From assembly GCA_950097015.1 (NCBI GenBank), contig CATNEN010000037.1:2108001-2172000 (forward strand): a stretch of 64,000 bases of DNA, given 5' to 3'. The DNA comes from Macrostomum hystrix. Taxonomy: Eukaryota > Animalia > Platyhelminthes. Under the pieces are notes generated by a model. The model had not been told where the DNA came from. It was given only the letters and a program-made list of their open reading frames with translations, and did no database searches. The position numbers were made by a program, and so were the translations under genes. Each line of letters begins with the position of its first letter. The first letter of the stretch is position 1. This document shows, piece by piece, positions 48,035 to 58,734 of this stretch.

Positions 48035-51000
48035 ATGAACCGCAGACTGGTGTCTCAGTTTGCCACCGGACCGCAGCAGTGCTATCGCTGCAACAAGATT
48101 GTCTACCCCACTGAGAAAATCGGCCCCCTGAACGAGGCCGTGTTTCACAAGAACTGCTTCCGCTGCAGCGTGTGCAGCCTGTCCCTGACACTGAGCTCTT
48201 ACTGCTCAAATCCCACAGACTCAACAGACAGGGAGCTGTACTGTGCCAGCCATAGACCTCAGCTGAAAAATGCCCAGATGGATGTGGACACGGTGAGATA
48301 AGAATAAGTTCATGGGTCAAGTCTCTTAATGGGTCAAGTCTCTTGATGGGTCAAGTCTCTTGATGGGTCAAGTGTTCTTGATGGGTCAAGTCTTTTGATG
48401 GGTCAAGTCTCTTGATGGGTCAAGTCTCTTGATGGGTCAAGTCTCTTGTTGGGTCAAGTCTCTTAATGGGTCAAGTCTCTTGATGGGTCAAGTGTTCTTG
48501 ATGGGTCAAGCCTCTTGATGGGTCAAGTCAAGTATCTTGACGGGTCATGTCTAGGAGCAGATGTAGACATATGTCTATGTCTAAATGCTTCACGACCGCA
48601 GTCGGGTCTTATAATAATAACTGTAACTAATCTACTGCGTAATATATGATCCCGAAAATCTCTAATTTATTGTGTCTTTAGTGTAGTTGTGATTTGGAGG
48701 TGATAAAAGCCATAAAACTCCATAGGACAGTTAAAAGACTGATTGTGACAAAGAAAAAAATGCCACCTAAACTTCCCAGGTCGGAATGCGGACTGCGATG
48801 ACGGCGCAGACTCTGTACAACCGCAGTCGGGATCGGGACGCGGATGTGCACCGCGGCGGCCAGGTGGACGCTCAGGCGGTCAGCATCCGGCAGGCGGTGG
48901 CGGTAACCAGGATCCGGAAGGAGGGCAAGAAGGCCACCTTCAGCAGGCATCACTTCAATCCTGGGTGAGAAACAATTGAAGTGATTGCACACTTCCTAAA
49001 CCAAATTTTGAAGTTAATTCAGCAGCCAATCAGAAGCAAGCTTTGTTAAAAAGATTGCTAACCAAGTTAGAAAGTGTTTAGCACCAGCAAATCAGAAGCG
49101 CGAGAAAGACTAGAATAGTAGCCAATCAGAAGTGAAAATCTGGCTAGCTAGTCCATCTGAAATCAGGCGGAAATCCTCACACACCCGACAGTCCACGCCG
49201 CTCTGAACTGCTAGAAGCCCAGAAGGCGCTGGAGCAACGGCATCGAGCCGAAGAGGAGCGCCTGCTGCGAGAAATGATGGCCGAGCGGCAGCTGCAGGAG
49301 CAGCATCTCGAGGCCGAGATTAAAGATTGGGAGGCCCGCCTGCAGGAGATGACACGTCGGAAGGCCTCGGACACGGAGAAGGAGGCAGCCAGGCGGACCA
49401 TCCGGTTCAAGGAGGCGGAGCAGCGGGACGCCATCGTGTCACAGTTCCAGGAGCTGGCGCAGGAGAAGACAGCCGAGCTGGTGGCCAGACAGAGCCGGGA
49501 GATGCTGCAGCTGCTGGCGCAGAAACAGAAGGAGATTCAGGCAAGTTGAGCACCATATGGGACAGCGGACATATGGGTTGAGTGGTGGAGTACTGATTGT
49601 CTCAAAATCGACTCAATACAGAACGAGCTACTAGCCAAGGAATCGGCTGAGCTGCCGAACAGCACTGGTGTTGGAGCGGGTCCAGAAGGCAGTATATGTG
49701 ACACCGTCGGCAGAGGCACAGCTGTGGACTTCAGTGGCATGACAGACGCTCTGCCGCAGCAGCAGGCAACATCAGCCACCTCGATGTCAAGTTTAGTGGA
49801 CAGGCAGACACAGTCGGGCGTAGCTGCCGCTGCCTCTGAGCACGCTTTGCCTGCTGTTTCAGTGGCAGCTGATCGAACAACGCAATGGAATCAGCAGCAG
49901 CAGCAACAGGCCGTTCAACTGACCGATCGAACCACGCAAGCTCGCGAGCTTCTAACCATAGACAGCGCCTCCGACTCTCTGACAGACGCCGGTAGCAGCT
50001 CCGCGGATCCGCACGGAATGCTGAGCTTCATCCCGGATCGGGTGCCATCGCCCTGCGCCCCATCCCGGCCCAAGGAGTCGCTCTATACGGACGTTGGAAT
50101 CTTTGGTCAGCTCGACGATCACGTGATCCGCATAGCCGAAGGCAAGCAGCAGCTGACATTCACGGAGCTGGCGGAGCAGCTGACTGCCAACTGTATGTCC
50201 GAGCTGGAGAAGGTGCGGGCTATATTCCGTTGGATAACCGTGAAGGATTTGTCGACAATGCACATCGACAGCCAGTGGAACCCGAACACTCCGATGGGAT
50301 TACTCCGGGGCATCCAGTTTGGCACTGAGACCTACCATGTACTATTCATGCGGCTCTGCTCCTATGCTGGCATTCACGCGGTGGAAATCAAAGGTAGAGA
50401 ATGCGCGCGTGAAGGGGGTCAGTGGCAGAGCGGTTAGCGCGTTTGCCTCTTGCACCAAGGTCCCTGCTAACGGCACGTTTCCGCGGCGGGCCACATTCAT
50501 TTGGGGCGCAGCCGCTGAGAGAAGGCTCGGGGGCTTGTCGCGCAATTTACGTCCTTGAGGGCCAACCTCCAAGGCGCAGCGAAAGTGTACACTGCCTGAC
50601 GATGAGAAAGTCAGAGTAGATGTACACACCTATGTGAGTGTGTGCCTGCGTACAGTATCTGTGTGCATGTGTGCTCAGGAGTCAGCGAAATGGGCAGAAT
50701 TGCCTCTGCTGGCTGCGGGTCTAGTGTTACCAAATAATATGCTATTGCCCGCAGCCCTCCTGAAATTATTTTTGTTATTATTATGTGCTTGAACAGTATT
50801 TTATACCCTGAATGTGCATCTTGGCACTGCTTTAGTGGCTCATTTTTATGTTAATGAATTTGAGTAAGTTTTAAACTGTGAAATGCACGATTCTCCCAAA
50901 ATTTAATTCCAAATCCCATTCACACGCGAGTATATATTAAGAAACAGTGAAGAAGAAGAAGAAGTGCTATTAAGAAGCACTGTCTGCTTGTGTTCACACG

Positions 51001-54000
51001 CATGTTAAAATACCCCCTCGTTCTATAGTCCTATAGCAGAATAAAGAGATAATACAGAATAAGTAGCGAGAACATAAGTTTTCTGGATAGAAAGCTATTT
51101 AATTATTGTTGCAGAGTAAGCAAATTGTGTGCCTGTTGTAAGTTTGCAGCGAGTCTACCCACAGAAATTCATTTGCTATTTTTGATCACTAATTATGGGT
51201 TTGAGTTCTTTCAGCTTCAAACACAAAGAGCGCCCGGCAGAATCTCTATTCTTCTCAGAAAGCTAATTCTGATTGACAGCTTGTGCCCTAAGCCAGAAGA
51301 AACGATGGGAAAGGGTGGGCGACCAAAGAAATGCTAATGTTCCGAAAATAGTTTCGGAACAATAAATATCTTGTCTGAAAACCTGCCACTGCGATGTGTT
51401 ATGCTTTCAACTCGGTGTCTGGTTTTCAAACACGAATCGAACTTTATCCTCAAACATAACGATACGAACAGGTCAATGATTGCGCATCATTTTGATGCAT
51501 CTGAGTACCTCGAAAATGACAAGATTAAAGTATTGCTTTTGTCAGCCAAGTCGAAAAAATGTCAATCAAGTTGAGAATCCCCATTCATTGCAGTAGCAGC
51601 CGCTGCCATAGAACTACACTCGACCATAGACAAAAAGCCAACCAAGTGGATAATTTCAAACTGCACTCTCCTATAATAACTAATCAAGCTTTTATATTAA
51701 AACGCTCTTCTCTGAGGCTTAAAGTCGATCGAATAGACTAGGATTTCAAACCAAGCTATTTAGGCCATATAGAACGAGCATTCTACAATGCAAACACAAA
51801 CACAAATGCCTGCAGCAACCTCGCACAGATCACCAGCGTCTGATTGATGCTATCGATAACGGGAACTCGCGTTAAAACTTGGCGCCAAATTGAACACTTT
51901 GAAGTCAACCATCCAAGCGGTGGACGCAGAGATGCAACTTGCTGTTTTTTAAACACAATTTAGCACATTTAACACATTTTAACATGGCAATTTATTTACA
52001 ACTGTGTAGCTAACGATACGCGGTTTACGAACTACGAAATACATATATGTCAATTCAAAACAACTCTCAGTTGTTGTTAATATATGGTTGATTTTTTACT
52101 AGAATTCTCCACTTGGTTGGCTTTTACTCGTATCAACTTGATTGGCTTCTTTGTCTATGGTCTAGTTCTATGGGAGTGGCTTCTACTGCGGTGAATGGGT
52201 ATTCTCAACGTGATTGACTTTATTCTCGACTTGGCTCTCACAAGCGAGTCGCTAGTGAAACGTGAGTGCTGACAAAAGCAATACTAGATTCAATCAATGC
52301 TGATAGTCTTCCAGAAAAAATCCAAATGAAGTACATTTGATAGGCCTTATTAACAAGTTGATAGTAGGATATCCGTTCTTCTCGTGATGCGAATCCGGTT
52401 TTATCGTAATGGCCTTAATTTGACAAACTCTGCTCAGCACAATCTTCAAGCCTCTAAAAACCGCGGATGACGTGATCCGCAGGCTACTCAAAATCGGTGG
52501 GATACGAGCCGGGCATGCAATTTCGCAATGCGCACAAATTCAAAAACACTTGGAACGCAGTGTTCATCGATGGCGACTGGCGCCTTGTGCAGTGCAACTG
52601 GGCGGCAAGGCATATTGTACAGAATCGGACTAGAAGGGCCTCTGCTGTTGCTTGTGAGATTGTTTTCGATTTAAAATGAGAAATTGTGGCTAAACAGTGC
52701 TTGAAGGTCAAAACACCGATCAGTATACCATAATTACGTCGACTAAAAACTGATTTTTGTTTCAGCTACACAGCAGCAGCAGCAGCAGCAGTCGCAAACG
52801 CTGTCCTCGGGCTCCACCATGATCCAACAGGTAGACAGCAATAATCTTCGATACCATTACGACGAGCACTACTTCCTGACAGATCCGGAGAAGTTTATAT
52901 ACGAATTTTTCCCATTCGAACCGAAATGGCAACTATTAGAAAGGCCGATAGGCCTCACAGACTTCGAGGAGCTGCCGTTTGTTCGCTCAGCCTTCTTCCA
53001 CTGCGGCATGGAGTTCCCGGCTGGCACAAAGGCGCTATTGGAGGCAAACGAGTTCGGAGGCGCCAGCCTGGAGATCAGCCTGCGACAGCTGGATCTGCCG
53101 CTAATCTGCCACTACCAGTTCCGCTGCGCAGATACCGGTGCGGCCTATTATCAGGGTGCTCAGCTTGACAGGTTGGCCTCCATATTAAGATTGTATCCAT
53201 CTTACTTCATTAATGTTCAGCTTCAGGTGGAATCTCTTGTGTTAATACTTGAAGTATACCTGTCGATGTGTGAATTCTTAAAACCATTTGGTTATTCCCT
53301 TCACTCCGCAGGTACATATTCTTCTCGGTGCCAACACCAGGCAGCCTGATATTTGACGTGCACGTGCCCAGCCGCCAGACCTACCACCTGGAGATATTTA
53401 CCGCGGTGGTGCCGCCGCATAGTCCAGCTCTGTATGGCAACCAGGTGCGTCTGAAATCGGTAGCCAAGTTCAAGGTGTCTGCTGCGGCGCTACAGAAACG
53501 CATGAACCCGCTGCCGCAGGCTAGCGGCGCCGGCGGCAACGGAGAGTGGGGCCCGGCCAAAGCGCTGCGCCACTTCGGCGTCAAGCCGATGAACCACGGC
53601 GCCGCAGTCATCAACTTCGACGCCTCGAGCCAGGGTCCGGAGCTGACGGTGGAGTTCTGGGTCCCGGATGATGTGCTAAAAGAGGCCGCTGCTTTCACTG
53701 TTCTGCTGCACAAGAACGGGTTGACTTCCCAGACGCTGAGTCGCTATGCGCGCATCCGTCGGGATGGAAACGTTCTGCTGCTGCTAGTCCGACCGCCCGA
53801 GTCCGGCGTCTACGCCCTGGAGCTTTTCCTGGAACGAGCCGGCTTTCAAGCCACTCACTTGTGCAAGTACCTGCTCAGGTGTTCCGGCATACCTGACCAG
53901 GGAAGTGGCCTCGCTAGGCTGGTCATCGACGATGCAAAATCCAAACCGGGCTCAAACGGTTCGGCGCCGAAGCGTCTGGGACTATCGACCGATGCGAAGT

Positions 54001-54302
54001 TCAAGCTGACTGTGCAGGACGCATCGGTTGCAACGCTTCGATTCAGCCTCAAGGACGAGCTGGACTTCGCCGTTGTGCTGACCCGACTAGCTCAGCAGCA
54101 GCTGCAGCAGCTCGCCGAGGACCACAGTGATAACTGCGAGATCCGACAAACTGGCCAGGCGGCAACTGTTCTGGCCAATTTTGTATCCGACGGTCGCTAC
54201 CACCTCCACCTGCTGGCTAAACGGCCCGCTGACGCCACTGGTTTTGACCTTTGCTACAGCTTTAGGATAGACGTCGCACTGCCGAAGAGCGCACAGGCTT
54301 GA
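48035..54302 (+). CDS. Hil: Hillarin: LASP-type LIM domain, coiled coil, inactive transglutaminase-like domain and KY-like C-terminal repeats (~1043 aa, 7 exons)
   Basis: join(48035..48292,48780..48964,49192..49540,49622..50393,52483..52653,52766..53171,53312..54302); phases match, 3132 nt; intron 3 is GC-AG. LIM CYRCNKIVYPTEKIGPLNEAVFHKNCFRCSVC...YCASH; KVRAIFRWIT, GTETYHVLFMRLCSYAGIHAVEIKGYSKSVGYEPG, NTWNAVFIDGDWRLVQCNWAARH and YDEHYFLTDPEKFIYEFFP match Hillarin/LTD-1 as I recall them. Confidence 0.9.
48311..48550. repeat. 17-bp minisatellite (GGGTCAAGTCTCTTGAT)n in Hillarin intron 1; reverse complement of the 39685/44715 array
   Basis: Direct sequence match. Confidence 0.96.
51529..52285. 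mobile_element. MITE-like element with long imperfect terminal inverted repeats in Hillarin intron 4
   Basis: 51529-51660 (AGTATTGCTTTTGTCAGC..GCCAAGTCGA..GTCAATCAAGTTGAGAAT..CCATAGACAAA..GCCAACCAAGTGGA) is mirrored by 52100-52285; possible TA target duplication. Confidence 0.75.
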
Positions 54303-54639
54303 ACTTGAACACAATTCTTCAATACGGCTAGCGATTATAGCAATATATACGAAACGTGCTCAGATTTTTTCATATCTTCGTTCAAATGGACATTGCTAAG
54401 CTTCAATAATAAATTATGTGGTACGTTTCTGCCAGCCACTATATACATATGTATTTCTAACACAAAAAATAACTATGACAGTCTAAAGCGTACACAACTG
54501 AATAATTCTGTAAGTGGAAACAGAATTCACCCAGTTGGGCCACATGTACAGCCAGTAGGCCATTGCGCGACGTACAGCGAGCTGTTCAGTCCATGGACCG
54601 GTGGGTCGATAGCGGGCCGCATTGACTATAAAAATATGA

Positions 54640-55470
54640 GATAGGTGAGAGATGAGACACGGGAGGGATAAGACACGGGAGAGATGAGGCAGGGGAGGGA
54701 TAAGACACGGAAGAGATGAGACAAGGCAGGGATAAGACACGGGAGAGATGAGACAAGGGAGGGATAAGACACGGGAGAGATGAGGCAGGGGAGGGATGAG
54801 ACACAGGAGAGATGAGGCAGGGGAGGGATAAGACACGTGAGAGATGAGACACGGGAGAGATGAGACAAGGGAGGGATAAGACACGGGAGAGATGAGACAA
54901 GGGAGGGATAAGACACGGGAGAGATGAGGCAGGGGAGGGATGAGACACAGGAGAGATGAGGCAGGGGAGGGATAAGACACGGGAGAGATGAGACACGGGA
55001 GAGATGAGACAAGGGAGGGATAAGACACGGGAGAGATGAGACGAGGGAGGGATAAGACACGGGAGAGATGAGACAGGGGAGGGATAAGACACAGGAGAGA
55101 TGAGGCAGGGGAGGGATAAGACACGGGAGAGATGAGACAAGGGAGGGATAAGACACGGGAGAGATGAGGCAGGGGAGGGATGAGACACAGGAGAGATGAG
55201 GCAGGGGAGGGATAAGACACGGGAGAGATGAGACACGGGAGAGATGAGACAAGGGAGGGATAAGACACGGGAGAGATGAGACAAGGGAGGGATAAGACAC
55301 GGGAGAGATGAGACAGGGGAGGGAAGAGACACGGGAGAGATGAGGCAGGGGAGGGATAAGACACGGGAGAGATGAAATAGGGGAGAGAAAAGATAAGGGA
55401 GAGATGAGACAGGGGAGAGATGAGACAGGGGAGGGATAAGACACGGGATAGATGAGACACGGGAGAGACG
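54640..55470. repeat. Composite 16/32-bp minisatellite (GGGAGAGATGAGACAAGGGAGGGATAAGACAC)n
   Basis: Visible alternating subunits; GGGAGAGATGAGACAGGGG is the reverse complement of the 16445-16990 unit. Confidence 0.95.
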
Positions 55471-55519
55471 AGACCGATCAGGAAAGATTAAACAGGATAC
55501 CGTAGGTGCCCGAAGGGGC

Positions 55520-55576
55520 AACGGGCCGGATTTAGGCCGCATCTGGCCCGTGGGCCGGAGTTCGCAGAACCCTGCT
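55520..55576. mobile_element. hAT-Charlie-like terminal sequence
   Basis: GGGCCGGATTTAGGCCGCATCTGGCCCGTGGGCCGGAGTTCGCAGAACCCTG resembles Charlie-family right ends (GGCCCGCGGGCC...TTTG...CCCTG); no matching left end or TSD found. Confidence 0.5.
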
Positions 55577-55579
55577 TTT

Positions 55580-55645
55580 GGCCGAGATTCGAACTCCAAA
55601 CCTCACGGTCAGAAGTCCGAAGCTCTAAGGCTAAGCAATGGGCTA
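55580..55645 (-). mobile_element. tRNA-like SINE head
   Basis: Minus strand TAGCCCATTGCTTAGCCTTAGAGCTTCGGACTTCTGACCGTGAGGTTTGGAGTTCGAATCTC: A-box- and B-box-like motifs with tRNA spacing but no convincing acceptor stem. Confidence 0.55.
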
Positions 55646-56744
55646 CAATCTCACAAAGAAAGGTTGCTAAAGTCCTACACTACTGCAAGTAGGACTGATA
55701 TAAAAACACAAATAATTTGGAGTCAAAGCAGAAATAATTTTAGTAAGGCAAGCCGGACAGTTATAGGTGAAAAAACACGTTATATATAAACAAATTCTGA
55801 CTTCTGACTTGTAACTAAAACTTTTAACTTATGTATTTATAATTGAAAGAAAATGAAATTTGTTAACGAACAAGTTGATAGCGTCAAATTAATAAAATAC
55901 TAGAGTAACTATGAGAGAGCGGCAAAACGCATAAAGCATTTAAAATGTTGAAAAAAATATAACAGATTTAAACTGTTTCCTTACTTGTTTTAACAAAACA
56001 AACTCTAATTATTAGATAAGACAGAACAGAAGCGAACTCATAGTGTTATTAAGCACCCTTTGATCTAGTAGTGAAAAGATACTTAAGATATAGTGCAGCA
56101 CATTCTCTAGGATTAATGTACTTTAATGACAAACTAATGACAAATAGTAGTGAACGAGATGCAAACTGTACAAATAAATTTGCCATCAGAACGAAGCTCT
56201 TTTAAACATGGCTAAAAGCACGCAGAGAATTATTAACTATTTTCGTCTATGAAAGTTACAGAAAGCTGCCGTTTTAAAAAAAGAACTATTGGTATGCTTA
56301 ACTTTACATACAAAAGGTAAAACGCCGCGCTCCATACTACTTAATCAAATAAGTAATAAGTAGTTTATAGTGCGAATTTAAAACCCATCATTAATTTTGG
56401 CACAGATAAGTGGGCAGAATACAAACTGTGTAATGAATAAGTAAGAAACTGTTATATTGCAGCTACTGGACTAATTATAATAGAATTTAATAGATTTGAT
56501 AACTGAGTTGATTTTGAAAACAATGTATTTTTTGCAAACATAAAAGTAAGAGAAAAGCTTTTAATCAACAGTGCAGAACGGAGACAACATAAAGAAATTA
56601 AAATGAACTGGTAAAACAACTTGTACAGGCGTGACGGAGTCTTTTAAATTATAAAGGCGAATATGTTATCATACAAATTAGCACAGTTGCACTTTCGCTT
56701 TTAAATTCTTTGTTCACTTTAATCTTTTTTTGGTTTCAATGGAC

Positions 56745-58650
56745 GGGTCTAAGGGCGATTCTCAAAAGGGTTTGCAGCTTTTGCTGGCGATTCTCTGGAA
56801 GATTAGGGGCGATTCTCTAGAGGGTTCAGGGGCGATTCTCTAGAAGGTTTAGGGGAGATTCTCTAGAGGGTTCAGGGGTGATTCTCTAGAGGGTTCAGGG
56901 GCGATTCTCTAGGGGGTTCAGGGGCGATTCTCTAGAGGGTTCAGGGGCGATTCTCTAGAGGGTTCAGGGGTGATTCTCTAGAGGGTTCAGGGGCAATTCT
57001 CTAGGGGGTTCAGGGGCGATTCTCTAGAGGGTTCAGGGGAGATTCTCTAGAGGGTTCAAGAGCGATTCTCTGTTGGGTTCTGGGGCGATTCTCTAGAGGG
57101 TTCAGGGGCGATTCTCTAGAGGGTTCAGGGGCGATTCTCTGGACAGTTCAGGGGCGATTCTCTAGAGGGTTTAGAGGAGATTCTCTGAAGGGTTTGTTGG
57201 CGATTCTCTAGAGGGTTTAGAGGAGATTCTCTGGAAGATTAGGGGCGATTCCCTAAAGGGTTTGTTGGCGATTCTCTAGAGGGTTCAAGATCGATTCTCT
57301 GTTGGGTTCTGGGGCGATTCTCTAGAGGGTTCAGGGGCGACTAGAGGGTTCAGGGGCGATTCTCTAGAGGATTCAGGGGCGACTAGAGGGTTCAGGGGCG
57401 GTTCTCTAGAGGCTTCAGGGGCGATTCTCTAGAGGGTTCAGGGGTGATTCTCTAGAGGGTTCAGGGGCGATTCTCTAGGGGGTTCAGGGGCGATTCTCTA
57501 GAGGGTTCAGGGGCGATTCTCTAGAGGGTTCAGGGGAGATTCTCTAGAGGGTTCAAGAGCGATTCTCTGTTGGGTTCTGGGGCGATTCTCTAGGGGGTTC
57601 AGGGGCGATTCTCTAGAGGGTTCAGGGGAGATTCTCTAGAGGGTCCAAGAGCGATTCTCTAGAGGGTTCAGGGGCGATTCTCTAAAGGTTTAAGGGGCAA
57701 TTCTTTAGAGGGTTCAGGGGCGATTCTCTAGAGGGTTCAGGGATGATTCTCTAGAGGGTTCAGGGGCGACTAGAGGGTTCAGGGGCGATTCTCTAGAGGG
57801 TTCAGGGGCGAATAGAGGGTTCAGGGGCGGTTTTCTAGAGGCTTCAGGGGCGATTCTCTAGAGGGTTCAGGGGTGATTCTCTAGAGGGTTCAGGGGCGAT
57901 TCTCTAGGGGTTTCAGGGGCGATTCTCTAGAGGGTTCAGGGGCGATTCTCTAGAGGGTTCAGGGGAGATTCTCTAGAGGGTTCAAGAGCGATTCTCTGTT
58001 GGGTTCTGGGGCGATTCTCTAGGGGGTTCAGGGGCGATTCTCTAGAGGGTTCAGGGGAGATTCTCTAGAGGGTCCAAGAGCGATTCTCTAGAGGGTTCAG
58101 GGGCGATTCTCTAAAGGTTTAAGGGGCAATTCTTTAGAGGGTTCAGGGGCGATTCTCTAGAGGGTTCAGGGATGATTCTCGAGAGGGTTCAGGGGCGACT
58201 AGAGGGTTCAGGGGCGATTCTCTAGAGGGTTCAGGGGCGAATAGAGGGTTCAGGGGCGGTTCTCTAGAGGCTTCAGGGGCGATTCTCTAGAGGGTTCAGG
58301 GGTGATTCTCTAGAGGGTTCAGGGGCGATTCTCTAGGGGGTTCAGGGGCGATTCTCTAGAGGGTTCAGGGGCGATTCTCTGTTGGGTTCTGGGGCGATTC
58401 TCTAGGGGGTTCAGGGGCGATTCTCTAGAGGGTTCAGGGGAGATTCTCTAGAGGGTCCAAGAGCGATTCTCTAGAGGGTTCAGGGGCGATTCTCTAAAGG
58501 TTTAAGGGGCAATTCTTTAGAGGGTTCAGGGGCGATTCTCTAGAGGGTTCAGGGATGATTCTCTAGAGGGTTCAGGGGCGACTAGAGGGTTCAGGGGCGA
58601 TTCTCTAGAGAGTTCAGGGGCGATTCTCCAGAGGTTTCAGGAGCGATTCC
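56745..58650. repeat. 23-bp minisatellite (GATTCTCTAGAGGGTTCAGGGGC)n with ~430-bp higher-order repeat
   Basis: Visible period; marker GGGTCCAAGA at 57641, 58070 and 58453 (spacing 429, 383). Confidence 0.97.
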
Positions 58651-58734
58651 TTGTAGTTTTTTTCTACCGGAAATTTTCATACGGTAACTCAAACAGAGAA
58701 CGTAAAACATATAAACTTCCCTGAAGAAATCAAT

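Noticed and set aside
38205-49140. CCAAT-box clusters at 38205-38500 and 49020-49135 as promoters
   Set aside because: They lie at a 3' end and inside an intron, and look like decayed repeats; there is no supporting promoter context.
47770-55645. Functional tRNA genes at 47780-47842 and 55580-55645
   Set aside because: A/B boxes are present, but there is no convincing cloverleaf or acceptor stem, and they continue into SINE or transposon sequence.
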